The translations under genes and the position numbers were made by a program. Below the pieces are notes generated by a model. That model was not told where the DNA came from and ran no database searches. It was given only the letters and a program-made list of their open reading frames with translations. A stretch of DNA of 64,000 nt from Marsupella aquatica (Eukaryota > Plantae > Marchantiophyta): NCBI GenBank assembly GCA_973895155.1, contig OZ316891.1, forward strand, positions 9,115,875 to 9,179,874. Reading direction: 5' to 3'. The first letter of the stretch is position 1. The number at the start of each line of letters is the position of its first letter. Shown in pieces: positions 1 through 14,300 of the stretch.

Positions 1-2617
1 GGAGATCTTCACTTGTGGTTTCTCAGTCAGATAATGGATCTGAGTTAGTACTCAACATTCAACATGGCAAGAAGGTGTGTTTAATCCATCTCTTTCTGTT
101 AAATATAGCCTGATGGTTCCATGGCCTGATTAGGTCCTGTGGACTTCATATACTGGTAGTGTGCGTCATTCATTTATTCCGTTTTTGAGCTTTCTAATGA
201 AAACCAGAGAGCTATGCATTTCTATTGAGAAGAATGAACTGGTCTTCAAGACCAATCATACTATCGTTTATTCATATTCTTCTTAACGCAGGAGCTTCTT
301 CCTGACGACCTTTTCATGAATTTCCTCCTATTCAAACTAAACAAAATCTGCTGGTGATGCACGAGCTTCCATTCCGGCCTGTGTATCTGTGCTTTCATGT
401 TCTTCCCTTTAGAGTACTCTCCCTTTCCACTATGCAAGATACTTGTCCACGGAAAAAAAAACTATTCATACAATCTCTCTTCCTGTATATCTAAGGTTTG
501 TCTAATCCCTAGCCTAGAGCGTCTTCCCTCTTTCGCAGATATGAGTCTTTGAAAAGAAGCCGTAGTGAGATACATAATAAGCCTGGCTCGTGTCGTGTTG
601 GTTGAGACAGATCAACTGGTTGAGTACCATGGATAGGAACAGTGGGAACCTAGCAGTTGCTGATACATCCAAAGTTTTGAGTGTTTATCACATCTTGTGA
701 GCTCTATTTGAGTTATTGCACAAGATTATGACTTGACATCATGTGCTATTCGTCCAGGTATGTCCAATCACGTGACCTGTCTCTTACTTTATACTTTTCA
801 CTTTACCAAGCAGTCTCTTGAGTCCAAATTAAAACGAGCTTTCTTGCCAATGGCTGTGGCAATTTTCAAGAAGTTTGGATTGCTGTTCGTATATCATGGG
901 TTGCAGATATTGATGCCATGTGCATCTTCGCTTGCAAAAAGCTAGTGGGCCTCAATTTAAGACACTGCTAATCCATAGAGGCTACCTTTCCTCTGAGGCT
1001 AATTTCAAATCCGCAAATCCAGCTCTCTTCCAGACAATATTGGGAGTGGTATCGGCATTCTGCAAGATTGTTATTCTGACCAAAGTCTGTTATGTCTTGA
1101 AGATGCACAGAATTTTTTTATCAGAAGAAATTGACTGAATGGTAGAGAACTTACTGTACAGATTGAAATGGTCGCAGTACATTAAAGCTTCCTCAGCAGA
1201 CAGCCTCTCTGAATCTCCTAGACCGCCAGAAGATGTACAGATTTGTGTCACTTCAATTCCATCGTAGTGAGATTCGTTCCACTGTTTACTATAACCTCCC
1301 TGGGTGATGGATGCCCACCTCGTTGAGAGGGTGAAATCAAAATGATTGTCCAGTGTTTTCGAAAGCTTTTCAGTGGATAAGTTTTGCTTTCGTGAAACTC
1401 GCAGGCTCACCATGTTTTATTCTATGATTGCTCGGGCACAAGAATATAAGTACTTTGATTTTTTATACTTTTTTATGAGTTACAACTTTGAACAGATTAT
1501 TTCTACATGTTATCACTTGACAAGCTTATAAATACCAAATTTAAAGAGAGCCAGTATTGTCTGTCCTCGTGCAACGAAACTTCTGACACTTCATCCGTGT
1601 TGATCAGGCTGGTGTATAACAGATCTAAGTTGAAGTGAATAGCGTAATCGTTTCAATAGTAGATGGGCCCCTTTCACAAACTTCCCAGAAGCACAGAAGT
1701 AAACCCGGAATAGAGTTGTATAACAGGTGAAAATGGGCACGCACAAGATCGAATAACTTTCCAAACTGTCAGCTTCAAACTAGTTCTATTGGCCCTCTGT
1801 TCTCTCTTGTCCCAAGTCTCATGCGCTGGGCTCTATGGGAGTTGGCAGTATATTTGCAATCCGCATTTCATCATATGTCTGCCTGACAAAGCCTAGTAAC
1901 GATTTCTCAGTGGGCCCATGTGATTTTCCTACCTTTCTCTATGCTTGTAATGTACAAGAGGCTGCTAGAACCCGACCAAACCATAGCTGTCTAAGGGTGT
2001 GGATGCTACAAGCACCACAGAAACGAGGGTTTCGCAGGAGAAATAATTTGTCTAGATTGCATATTTTAGCCTCCAAGACACTTACACGGAGACTAAATTA
2101 AACACTGTCACGAGGATTGAACAATTAAGCTTTGACAGTTTTGTAATCTAAGAATGATGCAACTACCTTCTCAATCCCTTCAAATTTCGAGGCTGAAATA
2201 ATTCAGAGGGCTAGGCTAGGATACTATAGTTAGGCGCTTCGCGCAGCGTGAGACAGAAAATTCACTCGGCGAACTCCACAGATTTTATTCCCATAGTCCC
2301 TCACTTGCGGTAACGAAGCTCATTCAATACTCGGTGGTCGCAAAGGGCACTAATGTGTTTAAGGGCCAAAGTCTCGACTGAGTTTAAGGTAAAGAAAATT
2401 GTAAGGAAAGGGAAAACAGCTCAAGACTATTGCAGATGTTCCGCAAAACTATCTCGTTTGCGAAAGTTACTACTCTGATTCCTAAATTTTCATTTTCACC
2501 GAAATTCTCTTGGCAGTTGTAAAGCTGAGATTCTACCCTCCTTGTCATACAGCCAGGCTAAATCTAATGATTTTGTTCTTGTCTCCAGCTGTTTTTATAT
2601 TCTGGAATCTCTTTTGT

Positions 2618-4420
2618 TCATGAGCCGGACGAAGATAAACTGACGACCCTATGGGGCGAGGAATCGATCTCATCCATGCAATCAGGTCGGGCTGAATGAT
2701 AGAAAAGATGTGATGTAATTGCCAAAAGCTCATCAGCTGGTTTCACACCTGCACTCATGACAATCACAAATTTACTTTCTTCTCCATTTCCTTGGTCTAG
2801 ATGTACATCTGTTCAGCTTACTAGGAAGCAAAACACACAACGTAGCAGTCTATGAACCAGTTATATTCAGGAAGACGATTAAAATGTACATACAAAGAAA
2901 AGACTTTAACCGCTGACATATTTATCGTAGGGTATCTCCCTGGTTCGAGGACCACAAATTGCACTGGAGCAACAAAGATTTGTATAGAATTACCATAAAG
3001 TCGATACACAAGCTTGCCACCATTGATGAACAGTAATGAAGGCAACATCTTGATTTGTAGAGCATCACCGACTGCAGGTTCGGAGCTGATATCCAATTTG
3101 ACAGCCTGATGCCACGTGCACAAATTCACAATACAAAGGATCATTAGATTCTTCATGATACAGGGAAGGTGCAGTCCTTACTATACGTGTACAGCAAATC
3201 CTATCCAAGCATGAACCTGCAGATGAACTCTAAACTTGTTCAGCTGTGCACTGAGGTCGAAGTCACATACACGAGGCAAATAAATAAACCTATCACGCCT
3301 TAAAAAATAGCCATCACGTCATTCGAACATCCATTTCGAAGACCGAATGACAGGAATGTACCCAAGCCGACCGTCAAAGATATTTGAAAAGAAACATACC
3401 CTTACAGGATACTTCCTGCTTTCTACTATTATCCTCACCACCTTCTCAAGCTCCTCCAGCACCTTCCAGCATTCTGGTCCACTGCACATTACACAGTGTC
3501 ATGCGCAGAACTCGGAATCTCAAAACAGGAACGACTGATTACACAATCTCAACTTTGTATCTCATCAGAAGGTAGGTGATCAAATAGGTTGAAAACTACT
3601 TTCTTATAGGATTGACAACTCATCGAGAAGCCTCGTTCCAAAAAGAACGAACTGGGGTGTCTTGAAGATCCTTCAAAATCATGAATTTAGACTAACGCTA
3701 ACTGCGCTCAGGCAGGTTAGACAGCAACACCCATCAAATTCTGTCATATAGACAGCCTGGTTCTGTAGTCCAAGCCCACATATATAGAAGATCCACAAAG
3801 ACTAAAATATGTCGTTCTTTTCAATGTAGCATGAGGTTAAGAACGGACCTAGGGCCATATCGTTCAAAAGCAAAGAATATTAGAGGAGTGGGGTCTTCAC
3901 GGGCAACCATCTCCCATTCCGCAGATGTTATTTCCTTCACGATCCACTGATATTGCTCGGCTTCCCAATTCAGATCAATCTCGTCTTCATCAACACTTCC
4001 ATCCTCGTTGGGCTCATTTACGATTTTTGGCTGAAAATTAAAAAAATTATCCACTGGAAATCCAACTCCCTCACCATTCGGATCGTCTTCCGGCCAGTTC
4101 GGGTCATCTTCCTCCATCCAAAGGGGGTAGTCCTCATCCTCGTCCCCAATCACAGTTTTATCCGTAGCTTCAACATCTATGGGGGCATTGAGATCTTCAT
4201 TCGCAGCACTTTTGCATTTGAATATCCGGACCCCATTCCTGTGAAGACGTAGAGGAGTCCATGGTCTACATGTGTTTGTCCTCCGGCTTAAGGTCAAAGA
4301 TATGGAGGCGAATGGGACATTTTGGCGTAGACAAGCCTTGAGAGGGTGGCATCTCCTTGAGTTTGGTTGATAGGGATAGCTGGTTGAGACAACACCAATC
4401 CTTCGAGGCTGCAACTCCAT
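2618..4420 (-). CDS. Plastid thioredoxin-like-fold protein of the MRL7/RCB (SVR4/ECB1) - MRL7L/NCP family; 4 exons approx. 4420-3849, 3482-3402, 3106-2993, 2748-2618
   Basis: Transit-peptide-like N-terminus and acidic region, then KEITSAEWEMVAREDPTPLIFFAFERYGPR. GT-AG joined exons give GPECWKVLEELEKVVRIIVESRKYPVR / AVKLDISSEPAVGDALQIKMLPSLLFINGGKLVYRLY / GVKPADELLAITSHLFYHSARPDC...*. This matches my recollection of the MRL7 C-terminal Trx fold, which lacks CxxC. Confidence 0.8.
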
Positions 4421-5557
4421 ACTCGCAATTCACGAACGCGTTTCAACCCACCAAATTGTAAATAACCTCACCTCGGAGAGTCCCAAACTATCAGTAGCCA
4501 GGGAATCAGCTCAGGAGTAGATAGGAGTCAAACATCCTTCCAATACTCTGCACCACACAAACCCCCGTAGCAAGCAATAAGAAACCCTACTGATCACAGC
4601 AAAGATTCAAAGAAGGAAATGAACTGCTGGATGGAACAGAATCTCAACAATCGATGAGATGGAAAAAGTCTGGACTAGGAACTTCTCCTCTGCTCGCTCT
4701 GGGCATGAAAACCACCGAGCCATACGGTTGAAACAAAAAACGGATTGCACATGACCCTCTTATGGCCCACGCACTTCATACTAGTCATGCAGCATTCGAG
4801 ACAGATTCAATTACCCCAATGTAAAAATAGAGGAATCCAACTGAATAACAAACTTACAGGGAGACAGCACAGCATGGATAGATAATCCTCCACAGACCAG
4901 ACGTTAAGAGGAGTATATATCCCAGAGAGATTCGAACCAAGTAGACAGAAACTGACATTACATTTTCTTTTGATTTCTCAAATTAAAGGCTGACCAGTGA
5001 GAGAACAGAAGCACAGATCAGCGGACTTGTTAGTTGAACATCTCGCGCAGAAGAGACACAATGTTCAATGCCCTTGCCTTCGTGAGTTATTCAGCTTGGG
5101 CAAATTTATCCTACAGATTCTTTGGGCTCCGCGTGGCTAACGGATGCCGCAAAGCACACCACTCTCTCTCTCCTGCACGACTTAGGAGATGCAGAGAAGT
5201 GAAGGGAAAGTTTTGAATTGAACAAGTGTGATTGAAGCATCGAAGAACTTACTTGGCGTCTGTGCGAGTGGATTGCTGAGGTGGGTCGAGAAGATAGAGA
5301 TCACAAGGTTGAGCCTGCGCTCGACAGCTCCTTGAAGAGTGGGAGATATGGCGAGGAGATGTGCTGAGGTAGGGTTTTGGGTTTAAGATGCTAAAGACCT
5401 GGGTTGGGTGGGTTAACATGCAAGGTGTGGGCCGGTATAGGGTTTTCCTTAGGAGCCTGACTGAAATGATAATAATTATAGTAGTTACTGGACCCCTTAT
5501 CTATAGTGTTCAGGGTTCATTGCATTAACAAATTAATGCATGCAAAATATCTGCATA

Positions 5558-5615
5558 CCAGAAAAGGCCTATAAGAGTATCTCCAACCAGAAAAGGCCTA
5601 TAAGAGTATCTCCAA
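5558..5615. repeat. 29-bp direct tandem duplication spanning the Harbinger left end
   Basis: CCAGAAAAGGCCTATAAGAGTATCTCCAA occurs twice back to back. Confidence 0.9.
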
Positions 5616-6196
5616 CAGGTGCGCCATTTGCTAACACTATACATTAAATACAGCGCACCTCTGCTGTTTTTTTTACATTGCACTAAAGCCTGTGCTGGGT
5701 TTGTCAAAGGGCAACCCCATCGGTTACGCCATTTTTTGTGCTGCGGCTGTCCAGCAAAGACATGGTCACTTGTATTGTGTTCGCCCCCTCTCTTCACGGA
5801 GGTCCACTCCGCAATGGCAATCAGCAATCTCAGAAAATGTTGGGGCTTTGGACATATGTTTGGTGATCTCTCGCACCCATAATTTTGAGCTTCCTGCTTC
5901 ATAGGTCCGCGCTCCTTTGTGAACTGGACTTGGCATGTTGCCATTGAAAGCACTCATCCATATAGGCTGAACTTGTTAAAGTCCAGCTGAAATTGCTCAA
6001 CGACATCAATGGCACATTGCACCACAATTTCACGTGGATTCCGATCGAGGGGCTGACATGAAGCTTCAAAGACACATAAGTGCTCTCCTGGGGTGCTCTC
6101 TTGCCATTTCAACATTCACATTGGCGCTTGAATTGTCAATTGATTCACATTTTAATATCCTCTGCTTCAAGAAGCATTTCTGTTCATGAGTGCGCT

Positions 6197-6729
6197 ATGG
6201 ATCTGCCTCAATTTCAACAGTGGGTAGCTGATCGCGTTGGGTCCGACGATGACATAAAGGATATTCTTGCTGATCTCATCAGTCCTCTTTTGGAGGAAGG
6301 AGACATGCTTGAAGAGATGGCAGAGAGACATGGTTGAAAACATGGAGGTTCGACAATTGGCCACTCCCCACATATTTTGCACGATCATGTCTCAGGGCAC
6401 GATAGGATTTGGGGAGACTACTTATCATCCTATGCAGCTTTTCCAGCCCATCTATTTAGGAGGAGGTTTTGGATGAGAAGGGATTTGTTCATCCGCATTC
6501 ACAAAAAAAAGTTCAGGAGGAGGAGTACTTTGTGCAGAAGCCTGATGCAATCATGAAAGCAGGCGTCAGCAACATTCAAAAAATGACTGCAACACTCAGG
6601 ATGATGTGCTACGATTTGGCAGGGGATGTTGCAGATGAGTATGTTTGGATTGGAGAGTCTATATACTGCAATTGCTGCATTCAAGCACGTTGTAGAAGCC
6701 ATTGTGAATTGCTTTGGCAAGGGCAATGA
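6197..6729 (+). pseudogene. Harbinger DDE nuclease N-terminal fragment, frameshifted and truncated
   Basis: YFVQKPDA..AGVSNIQKMTATLRMMCYDLAGDVADEYVWIGES is the typical plant PIF/Harbinger transposase helix region. Confidence 0.75.
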
Positions 6730-6734
6730 TTAGT

Positions 6735-7600
6735 CTCTCAACGTTTGCACAGATTTCAGTTGCTTCATTAGCTGCAACTCTGCCACCTCCCTCTTCATCT
6801 TAGAAACTTATGAGCTTGGTGGTATAGGTTATCCATATTCACATAGACTATCTGAATCTCATAAACCTCCTCCATAGCACGAGCCCCCTAATTCAAAGGG
6901 GCTGCAATCTCTGATGTGGATTCAGCCAATGAACTCTTGTTCTTTGCAACTTTCCTTTCTAGAGTAGCCAACTCCTTGGCTTTCTTGTTATCAATTGGGC
7001 GATCAATAACCATTTCAGGTGTAGCAATTTTGTTTCCAAGGCTTGATTCATCAGCCAGGTCAACAGTCTTGTTGTCTGCACCTATGCCACTATTGTTCCT
7101 CTTTTGCTTGGGAGCTCTCTCAAGGTACTTGTCGTTTAATTGTGCTGCAACATACCACTTTGGTGAATCCTTCAGGATTTGCTAGGCTCCATCCATCATA
7201 AACTCTCAAGGCCCTTCTTGTAGGTCTGCTGATAAAATGCTTTTGCCTTCTCCATCTGCTCTTCTTCATTAGTGCCGAACTCGTTGAGCTAAGTGATTGT
7301 CGACATCACTCGAGTGAACTTGGCACAATGAACTTGGCACAGTCGTGATTGATTTCACTCCATTTTGAGCCCAAGGAGCAAATAGACCTTGGGACATTCT
7401 TCACTACACCTGAGTGCTTCTTCCCAAAATCAGCCATGGCGTTGGTAAAATGTGACTCAATCTTGCTCCAATACACATCAGACTTTTGTTGAGCTCCTGC
7501 AAATCAGCAGTTGCTTCAAGTGAGCCAAGACCTTGCAATCTTGACATCTGAGAAATTTTCCTTCTTCTTTCCCTTTCCCTTGGCAGAGACATCCTAATGG
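6735..7600 (-). pseudogene. Harbinger Myb/SANT plus NAM-associated partner protein remnant
   Basis: The minus strand reads fragments such as QILKDSPKW and RPIDNKKAKEL, interrupted by stops and frameshifts. It is convergent with the nuclease. Confidence 0.6.
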
Positions 7601-8519
7601 AGGCATGGCAATGCACTGAGGGAGCTCAAAATTGATAGCAAGAGCATAGACCTAATAAATTTTCTATGTGATGCCAGTGCGCTCGCTTCAATATGTGCTT
7701 CAAGCCATGTTCAATGTGCAAGTGACCTTTTCTTGACTTGAAGCGGGAATCATTCACAGTTTGCATTTTCTTCTTCCTGCACTAAGCTTGAGCTCTTTAA
7801 GACCGTCCAATCTGAATCTGGGAGAACCCCATCAATGCCAAAGTTTACAAATTTCACAATCTGCTGCATCCCCGAACAGAAAACCCTTGCAACCCTCTTA
7901 ATGTTGTAAGCAATGCAAAACAAGACTGTTGAGGCTTCAAGACCATCCAATCTGCATCTGGGAGAACCCCATCAATGCCAAAGTTACCCCATTTATACAT
8001 CTCTCAGCCCGTGAGCCCAAACCCTGTTTGCTCAGTCTCCGTTCGCGTTAGCGTCAGCCCATTGGGGTTGTTTTTTTACGTTTAAGTGACTAGGTTCAAG
8101 CACAACCGTGTTAGCGTAACATATATAGCATAACCATTGGATATGCTTTAATGCTTGTGCACTATGTCTATCATGATAAGATTGAATAGATTATGCATTG
8201 ATTGCAAAGTCAGTATTATACAAAATCTCCAGTAATGTGATGTATTCACAAGGGCATATAATTTATTTGTTAATGCCAATTAAAATTCAAACTTTGTTGT
8301 AGTATGGTGAGTTAAATACTAGGTTATGGATACAATCAAAATTAAATTTACAATGATTTCCTAGTGAAATGTTTTTTATAAATCTACTAGAGATTAATAT
8401 GGAATGTATTTTATATGTTTTTCTGAGATTTGGGCACTCTTCCAAATAGGGCTCCAAATACAAATGGCCAGTTCACATTTAGAACCAAAAACCAAGATCA
8501 GAATGGGGTATTTATAAAT

Positions 8520-8810
8520 GACATGAAACAACAAACAATAACTAGAAACAGAAACTGATAACAGGAAAATGAGTGGTAATTTTTTTGATTTTTGATTTTT
8601 GAAAAAAAAGTTTGTTTTTTTGGCCGACAACATTTTTTGCTAGCGCCCAAAAGCTAGCCAAAAAATATTATAATTTTTAATTTTTTTTAAATGTGACTTT
8701 CTAGGAAATATTTTGACATTGTCATTTTTTCTGGTAACAGTAACTTTTTGCCGGTAAGAGGAAAATTTTTGCTGGTACCAGTAAACCTGTTTCCTGTTTA
8801 CTGTCATGCG
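8520..8810. mobile_element. Probable MITE related to the one at 50444-50729
   Basis: AAACAG/CTGTTT-rich inverted ends and an internal CTAGCGCC motif shared with the 50.4-kb element. Confidence 0.35.
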
Positions 8811-8860
8811 TGCCATACCCATTGGAATGAGGAAAACAACCAAAAACTAACCTCTATAAG

Positions 8861-10025
8861 TGTTGACCTTGGCTTGAGTTTGTAAGTAATAAAGCACTTG
8901 CACAACAGAGAAGGACCTGAGAATTCCATCAACCAGATCAATCCATAAACAGGTAAATACAGCTAGTCTCTTTGATCATCAACAATGTAGAGTAGGGTTT
9001 AGAGTAAGAGTAACTATTCTTCTCTTTAATAGCCTAGATTCGTTCCCGTTAAGAGCTTGTGAGACCTAAAAGATTGTGTTACGATACTTTGAGTACTTTT
9101 GAGTAATAAACTCAGGTTACAAGCCTTATTAACATGCTCAGGTTTATGGAAGGAATTCTATGATACTTCCATGAAAGGTATTAATGACGTTTGTATCGTC
9201 CATAGTGCAATCAAAAGGGGATAAAAAGTGTTAAACTAAACCAAAAGCCAATGGCATAAAATTGATAGAAGGCGAGTTATAGATGGAAATATACCCTATC
9301 ACTACCTAGCAACTCATGGCCAGCGGTAGTACATTAAGAATCATTGGGATAAGTACTCATGTGAAACTGATGCCTACATATCCTCTTCAAACCAGCCATC
9401 TTAAAAATTTATAAAAGATTAGCATAAGATAGCCCGTATTGATTTTCTGACCTATGTCAAAGCAAGGTGGTACTAATCACTCCGAACCAACTTATTCTTT
9501 TATATAATCCATCAGATTGCTCTTTTGGATCTATGCAATTTATGGAATTTTAGTGGTGAATTTGTATCAGCTCCTCATTGAATACAAGAGCTCTATAGTC
9601 AACACGAATCAATAGGTTTTTGCATGATCTCATGCATGCGTTTCCAGTCAACCTACGGGTCAACCAAGCATTACTAGTCACATCAAACAACTTTTTCCAA
9701 TAAAGGATAATCGTACACTAAGGTTGAATCACAAACCATAGATTACCAAAGATTACTAAAATAGACTTCTCATTGATTTATTACTTCAAAGAGAAGGAGA
9801 CTTAAAGTTGAAAGATAATTTCATGAAAGTCATATTAAGCCTCGGGGTCAAGGGTGAAACTCTCTCTCTTATATAGAAGAGAGATCCCTTGAGAAAACAC
9901 TTATGAAAAGACATGTCTTTTCATAATACAAAAGGTAAATAAATCTTATCAAACTAGACTGACTTATACTAGGTAAAGGTAAGAGTATCATATCTTCCTG
10001 TCATACAAAATTATTCAAAACTACA
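8861..10025 (-). mobile_element. Probable LTR (possibly the 3' LTR of the outer element carrying the split accessory ORF)
   Basis: TG...CA termini (TGTTGACC...AACTACA) and a minus-strand TATATAA followed by a GA run near 9870. No TSD or second copy was seen. Confidence 0.35.
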
Positions 10026-10089
10026 GTGGATATGAGTGATAAAAGCCTGATTTTGGTTCAACTGGCTACTAGCTAAAGAGGTTTCCGGT

Positions 10090-11372
10090 TCAACCAGCTA
10101 TTAGTTTAGCTGCGGCTTCAGTTCCTTCATAAATCTCAAGAACGACATTCGGGGGAGGAACTTGGCTTTGAAGAGGCTCCAGGACATAAGCTATACCTGA
10201 GGCAGTTGTCATTATGTTTCCAGGGAGGATCGGCTTTGAAGTAAACTGATTCACCAAAGAGGTCAAGTGGGAAGTCCGAGGAGTAGAATCCGGTAAAGTT
10301 CCTGTGGAAGAAGTAAAATTAGGAGCAGAAGTATTTAGGGTAATGGGAGGTTCAGATCGTGGAGATGGTGAGCTGTACTCTCTTGGCTCTTCATCATCCT
10401 TGAACCATACTTGTTGTAAAGCCTTTATCTGCTCTAAAATCTCCTTCATGGTAGCCAAATAATCTTCAAGCTTATCTCCATAGTCCTGAGAGATCTTAAT
10501 GACAGTGGCAAGGCAAGTAGGATTGGGTACTTTTACAAAGTACTCTCGAAAGAGTTCTGTCTGAACCAAATCTCTACCTCTGGTGTTCAGGAAAGGGTCT
10601 AAACAATCCACTAAATCTTCTAGACTCTCAATGGCTTCTTCCTCCTTACTCCTTTGTCTTCTCTCCTTCAGCTGGTCTTCACAATCTCTGAGTCTATCAG
10701 ACTTCTCCTTGAGGTCCTTTTCCATTCTCTCCACCTTAACCTTGTTGCCGGCTGATTCAATCACTTGCTCGAAATGGGATATCAGCTCTGAAACTGGCAC
10801 ACCTGCTATTCGGGTCATCTTGGACAGATTCTTCTCCATGATTCCCATCTTCACTTGCACTGCTTCTATCTCCCGTTGGATCAACAAAAAATGGCTCTGA
10901 GAAGACTTTGAATGCGAACCGGAAGTGGGAGTGGAAGTGCTGACCGGTTGAACCGGATTTCCTCCTAAAGTAAGCTTTTGGCGCTTCGCCGGTTCAACAA
11001 TTTGTATCACTGGCTCCTCCTCATCCTCCTCAGAGTCCTCCAACTTAATGGACTCCGGATCAGGCACTCCATAAAGAACATAGCTATTCTTGGTTCCCAA
11101 AAGATTCTTCTCCTGTTTGAACAAGACTCCCGCATGGGCGTAGAGATGGACCAAGTAGGAAGACAGAGGATTGGCAGACTTCCCAGACAAACTGGTTACT
11201 AGCTTCTGAAGAATCTCCATAAAGATAATAACCCAAGAAATGGCCTTGCCTTTGAAGAGAGAAGCGATGGCAGTACTTCCAATTCTCTGTGTGACACGTT
11301 TGGGCTTCTCAGGATGCAACAGGGGAACTAAGAAAGCAAGCACTCTTCGTAAGTCATCGTGTACACACTGGT
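10090..11372 (-). pseudogene. C-terminal part of a retroelement accessory ORF (HPEKPKRVT motif, coiled coil), interrupted by insertion
   Basis: 430-aa ORF containing LRRVLAFLVPLLHPEKPKRVT. It joins in frame to 14506-14891 (EGWTLNQC|VHDD) when 11373-14500 plus one TSD is removed. Confidence 0.7.
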
Positions 11373-14300
11373 TGTCAAACACTTGTCAAAGAGCTTAAGC
11401 GGCTTTTCTCCCCAAAAGACTACCTAATACCTGCTCCATATCATACCAAGGTCACAAAGGATTGACAAAACTTCTGAAATGTGTCTACAATGTCTAATCA
11501 CTCCATACATAAGTAGTTTTCAACTCTCCACTTCTAAAGAGGTAGTCCCCTTGACTACTTTTGTACTCACATCCTTCCCCTCTTCTCTACTCCAAGGATC
11601 AGCAAGGGGGATCTCCGCTCCAAGCTGTCACCTTAGAGTCTATTCTCACACAAACACCCAAGAACCCAAAGTACTTTCCTCTTCTAGCTTAAGTTTCCTC
11701 AAGACCCTCAAAGTAGTGTTACCCCTCAACCTTGCCCCCCTGGTCTTGGTTTGGGTCCACACATCCTCTTTGAGCTCTAGAGAAGGCGCCTCTATGTAAG
11801 GACTCTTCCTCTTGTTCTTACTTTTTGTTAACACCACACACCAAGCAAAGTACTTTCCACCCTCAAGCTATAATCCTCTCTAAGTCTCAAAGTAGTGCTA
11901 TACCTTAACCTTGCCTCCTTGGCCTTGGTTTTGTACTAGCACATCCCCTTCAAGCTTAGACCAAGATTACATCATAGCATGGACTCTTCTCTTGCTCTCA
12001 TATACTTCAAATGCACTCACACTTAATGGTCACAATGAAGATTGGCAAGTCTCCTTTTATTGCATCACCTTTACAACAAAAGTTCACTACACATTCTCCA
12101 CACTAAGCATGGACCACCTCTCCCTTCTCAAGCTTAGCCCTACCTTGACTAGGTAGAGATTCCACTTAAGAGATGAGACTCCCGGTTCCTAACAAAGGAA
12201 AACTTTCTCCTTATATACTATTCTCCTTCCACACCACACCAAGCTTGACCTGGGGTCCAACTACTCCTCCCCCAAGTCCTCCTAACACATAAAGTCCAAC
12301 TCTATAGTTTGTAGCTCACTCTACAACCTATTGCTTGACTCCTTCCAAGCCCTAGAATATGCCACACATGAGTTGCATGCTTTGACCTCCAAACCTGCTC
12401 TCACGTATGGTCCTCCTCAACAGCTTCCCAACCCACTTGAAATCTTGCAAAAAGAGTGAGTGAGTCTCAAGTTGTGTCATGTCAAAGTTGGCTCCTTATT
12501 TACTAGTTCTTACTTACTACCCCGACCTATCAACTTACTTTCCTTACCCTAACGGCCTTGCACCTTTACCCTGAGACTCTCTTCTCCATGTATCCTAACT
12601 TGGGTGACACGGGTGCAAGAAGTGTCGGCCTAAAAACCTGGTCTTACTTCCCCATGCCGACTCCCATTTGCAAGCTATGGGGACCCCCTCGTGGCCTCCA
12701 CTAAAAATATATTTGAGTGATTATTTTTCTGGGTTTCCACCTTCACCAAGGGGTGCCTTACCTTACCGTAACTCAGCACAAAAAAATTTGGGCCCCAACG
12801 GATACCCCTAGCCAAAGTTATGCCCATTCTCCCAAGGCCTATTTTTGGTGTAAAGCAGGTGTAAGCGGCGATCCGATTACACTTGAACCTTACACGCCCC
12901 TTATGGGGATTCCACGTGTCATGAGGGGAGAGTACTCTCATTATACTCACGTTTCTTCTGAAGAAGATTGATAAGGACACCAATTTTTGCAGCATTTTCC
13001 TCTCTCTTGAATTCAATCTGAAACGGCAGCATTCTCTATTGGATCGAATGACAGCAGGTCAATTGATAGCTCAGCCAGGTCTACAGCACCCTTCTCAGTC
13101 CACCTCCATAGCCATCCAGCCTTGCAAGTGATTCAAAATCGCAGCAGAATTTTGCAGCAGCCATAGCCCACCAATTCGCAGCTTTGCAGCACAGCAGCAG
13201 ATTCGAAGCATAGCAGCTGATTCGAAGCACAGCAGCAGCAGCCATAGCTTGATTCCTTCTCAACAACTAGCTCTATTCCAATCACTTAGCCAAGCAGGTC
13301 TCTCTTCTCAATTTCGTAGCTGCCCACCTCTGCAATTTCGCAGCTAGCAGCAGCATCCATCAAATTCAGCAGCATCAAGGCAACAGCCAGCCAATTCTCA
13401 TGAGCATCTCATGCCTGATTAATAGCAGCACCTCTAATCTATTGTGCCGCTGCCATAGCAACAAGCAACCTTCCCAATTCAAAGCCAACCTCCCTATTCC
13501 AATCAACAGCCATAACTCACAATTCAATTTCACAGTAGCAGTTGGGTCAAGTCCTTCTCAGCAGCAGCTAGCTCAATTCAATCCCGCACCTACCTATTCA
13601 GATCAAAAGTGGCTTATTTTGATGAGCACCAGCCCTTCAATTAGCCCACCTCGTGCATTCCTGCCCATGTCGTGCTTGCCTGACCTCGTGCTAGTCTGGT
13701 CGCAGCCACGTCGATGCATTTTGACAGAAAAATTTCGTTTTCCTCTTAGGAGAAACAATTATACTGGCCCCTCTTGAAGGCCATGCCATAATTCACTCAA
13801 ATGTCCAAACGTACTTCTGAGCACATTTCTGGAATCCTTGGACATAGGACTCACTCCTAAATTTATCAAACTCTCTAAACACTCCATAACGACTGTTCTA
13901 AAAATACATAAGTTTGACCATATCTATTAAAGCGCATTACTATTCCCAATCTTTGAGGTGTTCCCAAAAAGTAACAAAAGGTGACAAATTATTTCTGAGA
14001 CAATCCAGGGATATTATGGTCTATACTAAACTCAATTATAACCTCGAACCCACAAAATTTACCCATTGGCTATTTTCTCCGGGGCCCGCTAGTTGGTTAT
14101 TTTAATTTCTATCAAAATACTCACAACTCCTAGGTTGAGACCCCACTTGACTTCATACTTTTTCAGGGTTCCCTAGGGACCTCCCATCACCCATGGGAGA
14201 AATATCAGCCAAAAATAAGATGTCAGGTGTCGGGTCATTTTCCGGTCTCGATTTAGTCGCCTATCCTAACTAAGGGTTGAACGTTTGCTGCCTACCAAAA

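Larger units (their letters stand above)
5604..8148. mobile_element. Degenerate PIF/Harbinger DNA transposon
   Basis: Ends GAGTATCTCCAA (5604) and TTGGATATGCTT (8137-8148) are imperfect inverted repeats, each flanked by TAA. It contains a nuclease remnant (+) and a Myb/NAM-associated remnant (-) in convergent orientation. Confidence 0.75.

Noticed and set aside
1-1140. Exon-like segments with GT/AG boundaries (1-73, 539-757, 907 onward)
   Set aside because: The frames I tried contain stops and I recognised no product; possibly UTR or pseudogene.
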